A DNA stretch of 64,000 nt from Chthoniobacterales bacterium (lineage in GTDB: Bacteria; Verrucomicrobiota; Verrucomicrobiia; Chthoniobacterales; JACTMZ01): assembly GCA_049315725.1 (NCBI GenBank), contig JBMOJP010000002.1:17220-81219 (forward strand), in the 5' to 3' direction. The position numbers and the translations under genes are program-made. Positions 51,981 to 61,248 of the stretch are shown here, in pieces; position 1 is the first letter of the stretch; each line of letters opens with the position of its first letter. The notes beneath the pieces are model-generated. The model worked only from the letters and a program-made list of their open reading frames with translations. It had not been told where the DNA came from and did no database searches.

Positions 51981-54541
51981 AACCGAATGGGCGGTGGCGC
52001 GGGCAGATCCATGGTCGGCCGCTCCGTGCCGACGACCGCGCTGACCCCGGCGGCTTCGGCCTTACGGACTTCGGCCTGCGGCGGGGCGCCTTCGGGCGGG
52101 GTCGCGCCGGACGCGCCCGGCACTGGACTGACCGCCACGGCCTGTGCGACTTGCACACCTTCCATGTTCGGGGTCGCCGAGACCGCGTTGTAGGGGTCCG
52201 CCGCGCCGACCAGCGACGAGGAGGAGACATTCACCGGGCGGATTTTCGTCAGGTCAACCGCCACGGCGGCACGCGGCCACTGCTCCTCGGCAAACTCCTT
52301 GAGGTAACTCTTGATGCCTCCGGCATGAACGCTGCACTGGCCGGTGGGGGCATGGCCGATGGCCGCATACTCCGAGTAGGCGGTCGACTCGACAGTCTCC
52401 TGCCCGTCGGCGGTTCGGGTTTTCTCCGCGCATTTGTCCGTTGCTAGTTCGCCCGACAGTCGGCAGATGTCGACTTTCTCCACGGTGACCGGAGCCTTGA
52501 GTGGCGTGGAGGGAAAGTCCTTGCGCGAAGAATTCATCACATCGACCCAAACGGGAAGAGCGAGATCGGAGCTAAAGGCCCCGCGGTAAATCTGCCGCGG
52601 CTGATCATAACCCACCCAAACGCCGCAGGTCAGCGCATCGGTGTAGCCTAAAAACCACGCATCGGTAAAATTGTAGGCCGTGCCGGTTTTGCCCGCGGCC
52701 CCAGCTGCAGCGAGGCCATATTCCGTGGTGGCCTTGCTCGCCGTGCCACGAAAAAGCGAATCGCTCAACATGCTGTGCACCAGCCAAGCGCTGCCTTCGC
52801 TGATGACTTTTTTGCGTTCATTCGCCCGCGTGTAGATGACTTGTCCGTCGCCGTCCTCGATCCGGTCGATGATGTGCGTCCGATCCGGACGGGTCCCTCC
52901 GCCGGGGAACATGGTGTAAGCCAGCGTCGTCTCCTCGAGAGTCAACTCGCTCGATCCGAGGTAGCTGTTCGCGTAGGGACGGAGAGGCGATTCGATGCCG
53001 GCATCCCGCGTGACCTTGGTGACGGCATCCAGCCCGGTGAGGAACCCAAGGCGCACGACCGCCGCATTCTTTCCGCGCACCAACGCATCCCGCACGGTCA
53101 CTTCGCCCTCATACTCATTATCCGCCCGCTCCACGCCCCACTCGCCGAGGATGCCCATGGAGCCACCGATACCCACCAGACGATTGTCCAGCGCCCAGTC
53201 CTGCACGACGGTGCCGGGGAAAATCCCCTTCTCAAAAGCTGCGGCATAAATAAAAGGTGCAAACCCAGTGCCGAGCGGGCGTCGTCCCTGCACGGTGCGG
53301 TTGTATTCGCTGTGGCGGAATTCACGGCCGCCGACCATGACGAGCACGCCGCCCGTCTTGTTGTCCAGGGCCAGCACCGCCCCCTGCAGATAGTCGGGCG
53401 GCACGGTGTTGGAATCTCCGGGTTTGGGTGGCCGGGTCTGGAACCGGCTCTGGAACTGCGCGAAGGTCTGGTTGGCATAGCCCGGCCGGTTTTCCACCTG
53501 ATCAAGGCGGCGTGAGAGGGCCTTCTCTGCCTCACGCTGCATAGCGGTGTCGATGGTGGTATAGATACGGAACCCGCCGTTCATTGCACGTTCGTAACCG
53601 AGCGAGGAGATCGCCTGCTGGCGCACATAATCCATCGCGTAGGAGGTCTTCACCGGGTCCGGGCGCGTGCGCACAGTCAGTTGTTCCGCCAGGGCCTTCT
53701 GGTAGGCCTCGGCGCTGAGGAAACCCATCTCCCGCATTTGCTTGAGGACGTAGTCACGGTTGGCCTTGGAGGCTTCGCGGTTGGTCCACGGGGACAGGCT
53801 GTTCGGGCTTTTCAGCAAGCCAGCCAGCACGGCGGATTGGGCGGGAGTAAGATCCGAAGCCGAGACTCCGAAATAACCGCGGGCGGCGGCCTCGGCGCCG
53901 TAAAAACCTCCGCCGAAATAGACGCGGTTGAGGTAAAGCTCCATGATTTTTTCCTTGGGAAACTTCTTCTCGATACGCCAGGCCAGGGCCATCTCCAGGA
54001 GTTTGCGGCGGTAAGTTCGTTCCTTGAGATCGAACGAGTTACGCGCCAGCTGCTGGGTCACCGTGCTTGCGCCCTGGCGGATCCGACCGGCGGTCCAGTT
54101 GGCAATGGCCGCGCGCCCGATCCCTTGGTAATCGACGCCATCATGCCTCCAAAACTGCTGGTCTTCCGCCGAGATGACCGCCTCGACGAGATTCTTCGAC
54201 AATTTTTCGTAGGGCACCGGGTCGCGGTTCTGGATGAAAATTTTCCCCATCAGCTCGCCCTGACGATCGTAGATAAACGAGGCTGACTCCATGCGCTCCA
54301 TGCGATCCAAATCGAACTGCTTGGCCATCTCGCTGAACTCTGTCCGCACCATGCCCAGAAAGATGACCGCACCGAGTCCGCCGACAAGAATCAGGATGAT
54401 CGGGACGAGCAGAAGCCGGAACCAGAGCGACCGCCTGCGGCGGGCTGGCGGCTTTTCATTTTCCCAGGAGTATTGGTTGCTCGGCATGCGCCTCTTGACT
54501 CTTTTCCACAGAATGCGCGGTTTTGGCAACGTCAATGCCAA
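51977..54541 (-). CDS. class A penicillin-binding protein with a long C-terminal extension
   Basis: 854 aa. ISAEDQQFWRHDGVDYQGIGRA and GASTVTQQLARN (GT51). Transpeptidase KTGTAYN. Cys-containing and Ala/Pro-rich C-terminal tail. Confidence 0.9.
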   Translation of the reverse strand: MALTLPKPRILWKRVKRRMPSNQYSWENEKPPARRRRSLWFRLLLVPIILILVGGLGAVIFLGMVRTEFSEMAKQFDLDRMERMESASFIYDRQGELMGKIFIQNRDPVPYEKLSKNLVEAVISAEDQQFWRHDGVDYQGIGRAAIANWTAGRIRQGASTVTQQLARNSFDLKERTYRRKLLEMALAWRIEKKFPKEKIMELYLNRVYFGGGFYGAEAAARGYFGVSASDLTPAQSAVLAGLLKSPNSLSPWTNREASKANRDYVLKQMREMGFLSAEAYQKALAEQLTVRTRPDPVKTSYAMDYVRQQAISSLGYERAMNGGFRIYTTIDTAMQREAEKALSRRLDQVENRPGYANQTFAQFQSRFQTRPPKPGDSNTVPPDYLQGAVLALDNKTGGVLVMVGGREFRHSEYNRTVQGRRPLGTGFAPFIYAAAFEKGIFPGTVVQDWALDNRLVGIGGSMGILGEWGVERADNEYEGEVTVRDALVRGKNAAVVRLGFLTGLDAVTKVTRDAGIESPLRPYANSYLGSSELTLEETTLAYTMFPGGGTRPDRTHIIDRIEDGDGQVIYTRANERKKVISEGSAWLVHSMLSDSLFRGTASKATTEYGLAAAGAAGKTGTAYNFTDAWFLGYTDALTCGVWVGYDQPRQIYRGAFSSDLALPVWVDVMNSSRKDFPSTPLKAPVTVEKVDICRLSGELATDKCAEKTRTADGQETVESTAYSEYAAIGHAPTGQCSVHAGGIKSYLKEFAEEQWPRAAVAVDLTKIRPVNVSSSSLVGAADPYNAVSATPNMEGVQVAQAVAVSPVPGASGATPPEGAPPQAEVRKAEAAGVSAVVGTERPTMDLPAPPPIRF

Positions 54542-56452
54542 GGTTCACTCACCCGCGACGACTCGACACGGAATCTACACCATTGCAGTCTGATTGCCAC
54601 TGTGGACACATCCGCCCGCCCTCTTAAACCGGTTTTTTACTGGGACGGAGACTGCACCTTTTGCCGTCGGTGGGTTGATCGCTGGCGGGCGACGACGGCG
54701 GGCCGCGTGGATTATCAACTCCTGCAGGAGGCCCCGGCAGCGGTGTTGGCGGCAGCCGGTGGTCTTCCGCCCCAGCGCGTGGTTCTGGAGCAAGCGGACG
54801 GTTCGCTCGTCACGGGAGCCAAGGCGGCACTGACGGCGCTCGCACCGGACTCCCGGGGCGCGAGCCTTCTCCTCAACCTCCAAGACGTCATCCCAGGCTT
54901 TGCCCGCCTGACCGAAAGCGCCTACGCCATGGTCGCACGGCACCGCGGGTTCTGCGGATTCGTGACCGCGCTGCTCTGGGGTTCTTCCACCTTGCCCCCC
55001 ACCTATGCCATCTCGGGTTGGCTTTTCCCGCGGCTCATGGGTCTGACGTTCCTGTTCGCCTTCGTCTCGCTCTGGACACAGATCGATGGTCTGGCCGGCT
55101 CGCAGGGTATTCTTCCGGTGGCGGACTGCTTGGAAAATGTGCGCAACCATTTCGCCGCCACCGGATCGTCATGGGATGCGTGGCTCCACATTCCCTCGCT
55201 GCTCTGGTTCGGAGCGTCCGATCGCCTGCTGCACGGCTGGCTCAGCGTGGGAGCTCTCGCTTCCCTGCTCCTGCTGCTCGGGATCCGTCCCGCTCTTTCC
55301 GCCTTCGTTGCGTGGCTCTGCTATCTCTCCTTCGCCGCCGCAGTTCCGGTCTTCCTCAACTTTCAATGGGACGCGCTGCTGCTCGAGGCCGGGCTGCTTG
55401 TCGTGCTTTACGTGCCCTGGCAGCGGCCGTCGTCCGCCCCGTCGCGCGTGGGGCGGCTGCTGGTTTGGTGGCTGCTCTTCCGGCTGATGTTCGAGTCGGG
55501 CGTGGTCAAGTTGTTTGGCTTCGACGCCGGCGGAGATAACGCCTGGCTGGATGGCACGGCCCTCGGTTACCACTACTTCACCCAGCCGATCCCGGTCTGG
55601 ACGAGCTGGTGGCTGGCTCGGCTCCCCGCATGGTTTCAGGGCTTCTCGCTCATCGTGGTCTTTGCCATCGAACTCGCCCTGCCCTTCCTCATCCTCGGTC
55701 CGCGGCGCCTGCGCATGCTGGCCTTTTGGGGGATTTCCGGCTTCATGCTCTTCATCGCCGCTTCCGGGCATTTCGGCTTCTTCAACCTTCTGACCATTGT
55801 CCTCTGCGTTTCGCTCGTCGATGACGCATCCTGGCCCGCGGCTTGTCGCGGTTGGTTCTCCAGGCCAGAAACGCTTTCCCACACTCTCCAGAACCGGATT
55901 TTGCCGTGGGTCGCGGCGGTGCTCGTCGCCCTCACTGGTCTGCAACTGCTGACGGCTCTGCGGATCACGCCGCCGTCATGGGTCGCTCCACTGCTGAAAC
56001 CGTTCCAGCCGTGGCGCAGCGCGAACTCCTACGGTTTATTCAGCGTGATGACGACCGAACGACCCGAAATCACGCTTGAGGCGAGTGCCGACGGGGCGCG
56101 CTGGGAGGCCTACCATTTTCGCTACAAACCTGAATTGGAGGACGGGTTGCCCTTTTTTCCCCCACACATGCCGCGACTTGACTGGCAACTGTGGTTTGCG
56201 GCCCTCGAGTTCCGGGCCTCCGGCCGCATCCCCGAGTGGATGATGCCCCTGCTCATCCGCCTGCAGGAAAAGTCGCCCGCCGTGCTCGGCCTTTTCGACC
56301 AGTCGGTCGCAATGCCCTCCGACCCGGTCTATTTTCGCGTTCGTTTGGACCGTCTGACCTACACTAGCCCGGAGGAGAAGGCCCGCACGGGGAGGTATTG
56401 GCAGGCCGAGGCACTGCCCGGCTACACGGTCGAAGGCCGGCTGGAGCGTTAG
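54473..56452 (+). CDS. fusion of a DCC-family (DUF393) thiol-disulfide oxidoreductase domain with a lipase-maturation-factor (LMF) family membrane domain
   Basis: N-terminus PVFYWDGDCTFCRRWVDRW (CxxC at 54653-54664). LMF hallmarks FQWDALLLEAGLLVVL, YHYFTQPIPVW and MPRLDWQLWFAAL. The real start is probably the GTG at 54602, because the ORF-track start overlaps the divergent PBP gene. Confidence 0.8.
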   Translation: MVARHAPLDSFPQNARFWQRQCQGSLTRDDSTRNLHHCSLIATVDTSARPLKPVFYWDGDCTFCRRWVDRWRATTAGRVDYQLLQEAPAAVLAAAGGLPPQRVVLEQADGSLVTGAKAALTALAPDSRGASLLLNLQDVIPGFARLTESAYAMVARHRGFCGFVTALLWGSSTLPPTYAISGWLFPRLMGLTFLFAFVSLWTQIDGLAGSQGILPVADCLENVRNHFAATGSSWDAWLHIPSLLWFGASDRLLHGWLSVGALASLLLLLGIRPALSAFVAWLCYLSFAAAVPVFLNFQWDALLLEAGLLVVLYVPWQRPSSAPSRVGRLLVWWLLFRLMFESGVVKLFGFDAGGDNAWLDGTALGYHYFTQPIPVWTSWWLARLPAWFQGFSLIVVFAIELALPFLILGPRRLRMLAFWGISGFMLFIAASGHFGFFNLLTIVLCVSLVDDASWPAACRGWFSRPETLSHTLQNRILPWVAAVLVALTGLQLLTALRITPPSWVAPLLKPFQPWRSANSYGLFSVMTTERPEITLEASADGARWEAYHFRYKPELEDGLPFFPPHMPRLDWQLWFAALEFRASGRIPEWMMPLLIRLQEKSPAVLGLFDQSVAMPSDPVYFRVRLDRLTYTSPEEKARTGRYWQAEALPGYTVEGRLER

Positions 56453-56997
56453 CCGGCACTGTCCTCGAGGTTATCCTTCAGCGCCTCAACCATCCGGCGA
56501 ACATAAGAAACCCGGGCGCGCGGCTTCAGAATTTCCAGGCTCTTCTCCGGGCTGCCCCACTCGATAATCTCGATGGTCACATCGCGCTTGCCCCAACGAT
56601 CCACCTGGCTGTAGCTGGGCATGAAGAGGTCGATCTTGTCCTTGCCGACCATGGCTGAGCCGTAATCATCGATTTGGTAGATCTGGCCGGTCTGGACGAC
56701 GCGGAACTTGGTCCCCAAGGGAAAGCGGGACCAGTCGGCGGCGGCGCTGTTGACTTCACCGGATTTCAGCTTTCCGCCGATGGCGTTGCGGTGCGCCCAG
56801 GCCCCATTGCATTGCGCCCCGCCCGAGTAGGCGGTGGTCAAAACGGCGACCATCGGCACTGGCTCGGATTTGGGCTCGGGTTTAGGTTTGGGGGCGGCTG
56901 GCATGAAGCCGCCCGTGGTGGAAAACGCCGTCGTGACCAGCGCCGCTAAGGAGCCGAGGGTCAGGAAGGCATGTCGGTTATATCGGGTCGGTGTCAT
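56449..56997 (-). CDS. secreted 3D-domain (MltA/RlpA-like fold) protein
   Basis: 182 aa from the ATG at 56997. Signal-like segment FLTLGSLAALVTTAFS. AADWSRFPLGTKFRVVQTGQIYQIDDYGSAMVGKDKIDLFMPSY carries the three conserved Asp context. Confidence 0.75.
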   Translation of the reverse strand: MTPTRYNRHAFLTLGSLAALVTTAFSTTGGFMPAAPKPKPEPKSEPVPMVAVLTTAYSGGAQCNGAWAHRNAIGGKLKSGEVNSAAADWSRFPLGTKFRVVQTGQIYQIDDYGSAMVGKDKIDLFMPSYSQVDRWGKRDVTIEIIEWGSPEKSLEILKPRARVSYVRRMVEALKDNLEDSAG

Positions 56998-57099
56998 AAA
57001 TCGAAAAAGAGGGATAGCGCGGGTCGGGCCGAGATGGCTGCCGGGCTCCGCTGGGGTCGAGTGACGCAAATATTTTAGCCCGCCAGACGACCGTTGCAA

Positions 57100-57187
57100 A
57101 CGATACTTGCGCTATGTGGCTCGCGATTATTGATTTATTGTGTAGTTTGGCTTTATTTTTTGCTCAAAGTGTCGGAGATTCGCTGCC
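57100..57187. promoter_or_regulatory. AT-rich divergent intergenic region (candidate promoters for ribE and the 3D-domain gene)
   Basis: Bases 57121-57180 are about 33% GC by hand count against about 63% elsewhere. The region contains ttattgatttattgtgtagtttggctttattttttgc. No precise -35/-10 assignment could be made. Confidence 0.3.
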
Positions 57188-57808
57188 ATGTTTACTGGTC
57201 TGGTTCGCGAGGTCGGGGAAGTTGGTTGGCTGCGGAGGACGGATTTGGCGGTTCAGCTCATGCTCAAGGCCTCCCGCATCGCACCCCGGGTCCGCACGGG
57301 AGAGAGCATCGCCGTGAACGGATGCTGCCTGACCGTCACCGCGCACCGTGACAAGCAGCTCATGTTCGATCTGCTGGAAGAGAGCCTCGACCGGACCAAT
57401 CTCGGCAGCCTCAAACCGGGCAGCCCGGTCAATCTGGAGCGGGCTTTGCGCACGGATAGCCGAATCGGCGGCCACTTTGTTCAAGGGCATGTGGACACCA
57501 CGGCTGAGGTTCTGGCCGTGGAAGAGAAGGGCCCGGAGGTCCGGCTGGATATCGCCCTACCGGCGGGGTTCGCGCGCTACGTCGTCTTCAAGGGATCCAT
57601 CGCGGTCAATGGCGTGAGCCTGACTGTTTCCAACCTCGAGGGCGGCGAGCAATTCAGCGTGTGGATCATACCCCACACGTTGGAGAAGACCAACTTGGGC
57701 GACCTGCATCCCGGCGACGCCGTCAATCTGGAATTCGATATTCTCGCCAAATACGTCGAGAGCCTCCTGGCCGGACGCGAGGCTTTGCCCCCTGGTCAGG
57801 GTTGTTGA
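57188..57808 (+). CDS. ribE: riboflavin synthase (alpha chain)
   Basis: 206 aa. MFTGLVREVGEV, a duplicated lumazine-binding repeat (GESIAVNGCCLTV / GSIAVNGVSLTV) and ERALR. Confidence 0.9.
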   Translation: MFTGLVREVGEVGWLRRTDLAVQLMLKASRIAPRVRTGESIAVNGCCLTVTAHRDKQLMFDLLEESLDRTNLGSLKPGSPVNLERALRTDSRIGGHFVQGHVDTTAEVLAVEEKGPEVRLDIALPAGFARYVVFKGSIAVNGVSLTVSNLEGGEQFSVWIIPHTLEKTNLGDLHPGDAVNLEFDILAKYVESLLAGREALPPGQGC

Positions 57809-58209
57809 GCGGCGATGATCTCGATCTGGTCGGGCGTGACGATGCGGATTTGCATCTGCTTGTCGCGGTATTTCTCGATGGGGCCCCTGATCCGGACTTT
57901 TTGCTGGGCGAATTTATCGAGACCATCGGGGAAGTTTCCGTAGGCAGCGGCAAAAACCACGGCGACGAAGCCGGTCTTGCGCTCGCCAAAATTCAAGAAC
58001 GTGATCTGCCCGTCACCGGTCTTGCCCACGGCTTTGATCACCCCCTCGACGATGACCTCTTCGCCCGTGCCGACTTTGGCCTCGAGCCCCGCCATGTCCT
58101 CGGCCGGAATGACGGGGGCCCCTGCCGCCGGAGCCGCATCCTCAGCCCATGCGGTGGCCGCGCACAGAACCAGCCCCGCCAACAAACCAGCGCTCAAGTT
58201 TTTGCCCAT
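57796..58209 (-). CDS. hypothetical secreted protein (possible OB-fold)
   Basis: 137 aa. Signal peptide MGKNLSAGLLAGLVLCAATAWA-ED. No catalytic motif. Confidence 0.5.
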   Translation of the reverse strand: MGKNLSAGLLAGLVLCAATAWAEDAAPAAGAPVIPAEDMAGLEAKVGTGEEVIVEGVIKAVGKTGDGQITFLNFGERKTGFVAVVFAAAYGNFPDGLDKFAQQKVRIRGPIEKYRDKQMQIRIVTPDQIEIIAAQQP

Positions 58210-58267
58210 GGCTCAATAAACACCCGCGCCCGCGCAGTCCTCAAGCCTCAAAGTGGCGAACCGGTGG

Positions 58268-59278
58268 TCAGCCTCCGACATAGCTCATCTCGACCTTGGG
58301 CCGCTCCAAGGCCGGACCGACGGACCTTTCCTCCGAGTAACGGTCCGACCGCCGCAGCCAAACCCCGGCGAGAAATTCCGCCAACGCAGCATCATCGGCC
58401 CCGCCGCGCAGCAGTCCACGCAGGTCTGCCCCGCCCGTGGCGAAAAGGCAGGTCACCAACTTGCCGTCTGCCGTCAGCCGCGCCCGATTGCAGTCCCGGC
58501 AGAATGGTTCGGTGATGGAAGCAACAAATCCCACCTCGCCGCCTCCGGTGGCGTAGCCGTAACGCCGCGCCACCTCCCCGGGCTGCGAGGCATCGAGTGG
58601 CACGAGTCCAAACGCGGCATCCAACTGCCCACGCACCTCGGCGGCTGGGACCACTTTAAGGCGGTCCCAGTGGTTGTGATTGCCCACGTCCATGTATTCG
58701 ATGAACCGCAGGGTGCAGCCCTGCTCGCGGCACCAGCGGGCCAGCGGCAGCACTTCGTCCTCATTGACCCCGCGTTGGACCACGCAGTTCACCTTCACCG
58801 GGAATCCAGCCGCGAGGGCAGCCTTGACCCCATCCAGCACCGCGGCGACGGGCTGATCCGCGCCGCTGAGCCTGCGGAACAAGCCATCATCCAACGCATC
58901 CAGGCTCACCGTGACCCGGCGCAGCCCGGCCCCGCGCAGCGTGTCGGCCCAGGCCGCAAGCAGCAGGCCGTTGGTCGTCAGAGCCAGATCATCCAGACCA
59001 GTCACGCCGGCCAGCACTGCGACCAGATTGGCGATCTCCCGCCGCAGCAGCGGCTCACCGCCGGTCAGGCGCACCTTGCGCACCCCGAGCCCGACCGCCA
59101 CCTGCACAACCCGGACGATTTCCTCGAAGCTGAGAATCTCCGCCTTCGGCAAAAAGGCGTAACCGCGGCCGAAAATTTGCGCCGGCATGCAATACGGACA
59201 GCGAAAACTGCATCGATCGGTGACGGAAACCCGCAGATCCCGCAGTGGTCGCCCGAAAGTGTCCCGCACGTTGCTCAT
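58268..59278 (-). CDS. moaA: GTP 3',8-cyclase (radical SAM)
   Basis: RVSVTDRCSFRCPYCMP holds the CxxxCxxC cluster. C-terminal FCRDCNRARLTADG. ATG at 59278 (TGATG junction with the upstream stop). The ORF track starts at a TTG at 59281. Confidence 0.9.
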   Translation of the reverse strand: MSNVRDTFGRPLRDLRVSVTDRCSFRCPYCMPAQIFGRGYAFLPKAEILSFEEIVRVVQVAVGLGVRKVRLTGGEPLLRREIANLVAVLAGVTGLDDLALTTNGLLLAAWADTLRGAGLRRVTVSLDALDDGLFRRLSGADQPVAAVLDGVKAALAAGFPVKVNCVVQRGVNEDEVLPLARWCREQGCTLRFIEYMDVGNHNHWDRLKVVPAAEVRGQLDAAFGLVPLDASQPGEVARRYGYATGGGEVGFVASITEPFCRDCNRARLTADGKLVTCLFATGGADLRGLLRGGADDAALAEFLAGVWLRRSDRYSEERSVGPALERPKVEMSYVGG

Positions 59279-60747
59279 CAAGCCTGCCCGATCGGCCGCC
59301 CCTCCGGCGCATGACGCGGCACCGGGTGCTCACGCGCCAAGTGCAGTCCGAAAAGTTTCATGACCAGCAGGTGGATCGGAGCTTGGGTCAGGCGATAGAA
59401 CCACCAGGGGAGCGAGGGACGGAAATTGAAAATCGCCGCCAGCACCGTCCGCCGGTCCGGGCTCTCCCGAAATTCGAGCCGGGCCGGTGCCCGCCCGTCC
59501 GACCGGTCCGGCTCGCCGGCCAGCAGGCCGCCCGTGATGTAGTAAAGCGGGCGATCAGCCGAGGACCGATCGCGCGAATAACTCAACTCAAGCAGCGGCT
59601 GCCTCAACCCCGTCAAGCGAAACGCCAGATTCAACTGCGGGTCGACCGTGACCCGGAGGACAAACTTGAAAAGCGAAGGAAGCCACCGTGCGTATTCCTG
59701 CGCGACCCAGATGGCATCGCGCCCGGGTGGCAGGGGAAGGCGCTGGATTGAGCAGACATAGCGCCCCTCTTCGCTCGCCTTATCCCGCCGCGCCAGATGC
59801 TTGTCCGCTTGTTGCGTGACCACCGGCCCTCCGCGCAGAGCGGCATCAAGCGCATCCTCGAACGACTGGGCCGGAATCCCTGCACGCTCCTGCATGGTCG
59901 GCGAATGAGCTACCATGGCGTGACGCAGGCTTTCGACCAGCGGCGCGACCAGTTCCCGGTGGGCGCCGGTGACCAGACGGATGCCCCACACGCTCAGCCT
60001 TGTCGGAATGAACGGCACCGCGATGATCCACGGCTTCTTCCCCAACCGGTCGGCTGTCCTCCGCATCAGATCCACATAGGTCATGACCTCCGGTCCACCC
60101 AAGTCGAAGGCCCGGCCGCACATCTCCTTCCGCCCGAGGCAGAATCCCAACAGCTTGACCACGTCCTGCAACCCGACGGGCTGAGTCATGGATCGCGTCC
60201 AGTGCGGGCACAGGAGCAACGGGGAACGCTCGACCAGCCGCGCGACCATGCGGAAGGATGAGCCCTGCGGACCGATGATGAGGCCGGCGCGGAGGCTCGT
60301 CACTGGCACGCCCCGCGCCGACAGCACACGTTCGACCTCCAGCCGACTGGCCAGATGCCGCGAGAGTTGGGCGTCGTCGGGAATGATGCCGCCGAGATAA
60401 ACCATCTGCTTGATCCCTGCCCGAGCGGCCGAGCGGGCGAAGTTGTCCGCGAGGATGAAATCCATGTCCTCGAACCGCGCCTGGGTCAGACGGGCCGGCA
60501 ACATCGAGTGGACGAGGTAAATCGCGTAATCCGCGCCGGCCAGCGAGCGCTCGGTTTGCAGGAGCGAAAACAAATCACACCGCTGCCAGCGAACGCCGGA
60601 AATCTCCGCCGAGGCGCTGCGACTCAAGGCCACGACGTCGCAGGTCTCAGCCAACACGGGCAGCAGGGCCGTGCCGACGAAACCAGAGGCTCCCGCCACC
60701 ACGACCACCGGGCGCTTGCGTTCCTCGGTCATGCCGTCATCAAACAC
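59278..60747 (-). CDS. NAD(P)H-binding SDR-like domain fused to a DUF2867-like C-terminal domain
   Basis: 489 aa. VVVAGASGFVGTALLPVL Rossmann motif. The C-terminal half matches my recollection of DUF2867 architecture. Confidence 0.7.
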   Translation of the reverse strand: MFDDGMTEERKRPVVVVAGASGFVGTALLPVLAETCDVVALSRSASAEISGVRWQRCDLFSLLQTERSLAGADYAIYLVHSMLPARLTQARFEDMDFILADNFARSAARAGIKQMVYLGGIIPDDAQLSRHLASRLEVERVLSARGVPVTSLRAGLIIGPQGSSFRMVARLVERSPLLLCPHWTRSMTQPVGLQDVVKLLGFCLGRKEMCGRAFDLGGPEVMTYVDLMRRTADRLGKKPWIIAVPFIPTRLSVWGIRLVTGAHRELVAPLVESLRHAMVAHSPTMQERAGIPAQSFEDALDAALRGGPVVTQQADKHLARRDKASEEGRYVCSIQRLPLPPGRDAIWVAQEYARWLPSLFKFVLRVTVDPQLNLAFRLTGLRQPLLELSYSRDRSSADRPLYYITGGLLAGEPDRSDGRAPARLEFRESPDRRTVLAAIFNFRPSLPWWFYRLTQAPIHLLVMKLFGLHLAREHPVPRHAPEGRPIGQA

Positions 60748-60775
60748 GGCCGACCGCGGGGCGCAAGCCCGCGGG

Positions 60776-61198
60776 TCAGGATGCCTGCGACTTCAGCAGG
60801 TCGCGGATTTCGCCCAGCAGCTTTTCCTCGGCCGTCGGAGCCGGCGGTGCGGCCGGCGCTTCGGCTTGATTGCGCCGCAGGACATTAACGCCCTTGACGA
60901 GGAGAAAGATGGCCCAGGCGACAATGAGGAATTGGATCAACACTGTGAGGAACGATCCATAGTTCAACGTGGCCGCGCCCGCTTCCTTGGCTGCGGCCAG
61001 CGTATCGTAGCTCTTGCCGTCGAGGCAGAGGAAATGCTGGGTGAAGTCCATCCTGCCGGTCAGGAGGCTGATCGGCGGCATGATGACGTCCTCGACCAGC
61101 GAGGTGACGATTTTTCCGAAGGCCGCGCCGATGACCACGCCCACGGCGAGGTCGATGGCGTTTCCCTTGGCGATGAAAGTCTTGAACTCCTGCAACAT
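60776..61198 (-). CDS. mscL: large-conductance mechanosensitive channel
   Basis: 140 aa from [43 protein letters not shown]. Confidence 0.9.
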   Translation of the reverse strand: MLQEFKTFIAKGNAIDLAVGVVIGAAFGKIVTSLVEDVIMPPISLLTGRMDFTQHFLCLDGKSYDTLAAAKEAGAATLNYGSFLTVLIQFLIVAWAIFLLVKGVNVLRRNQAEAPAAPPAPTAEEKLLGEIRDLLKSQAS

Positions 61199-61248
61199 AA
61201 GGACTGGTTTGTCGCCCGATTCTGGCCCATTAAACAAGCGAAATTGCC

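Noticed and set aside
57000-57187. A possible FMN riboswitch upstream of ribE.
   Set aside because: I could not find the conserved FMN-element core (the GGGCGGGGTGAAATTCCC-like segments or the closing helices). The region is simply AT-rich.
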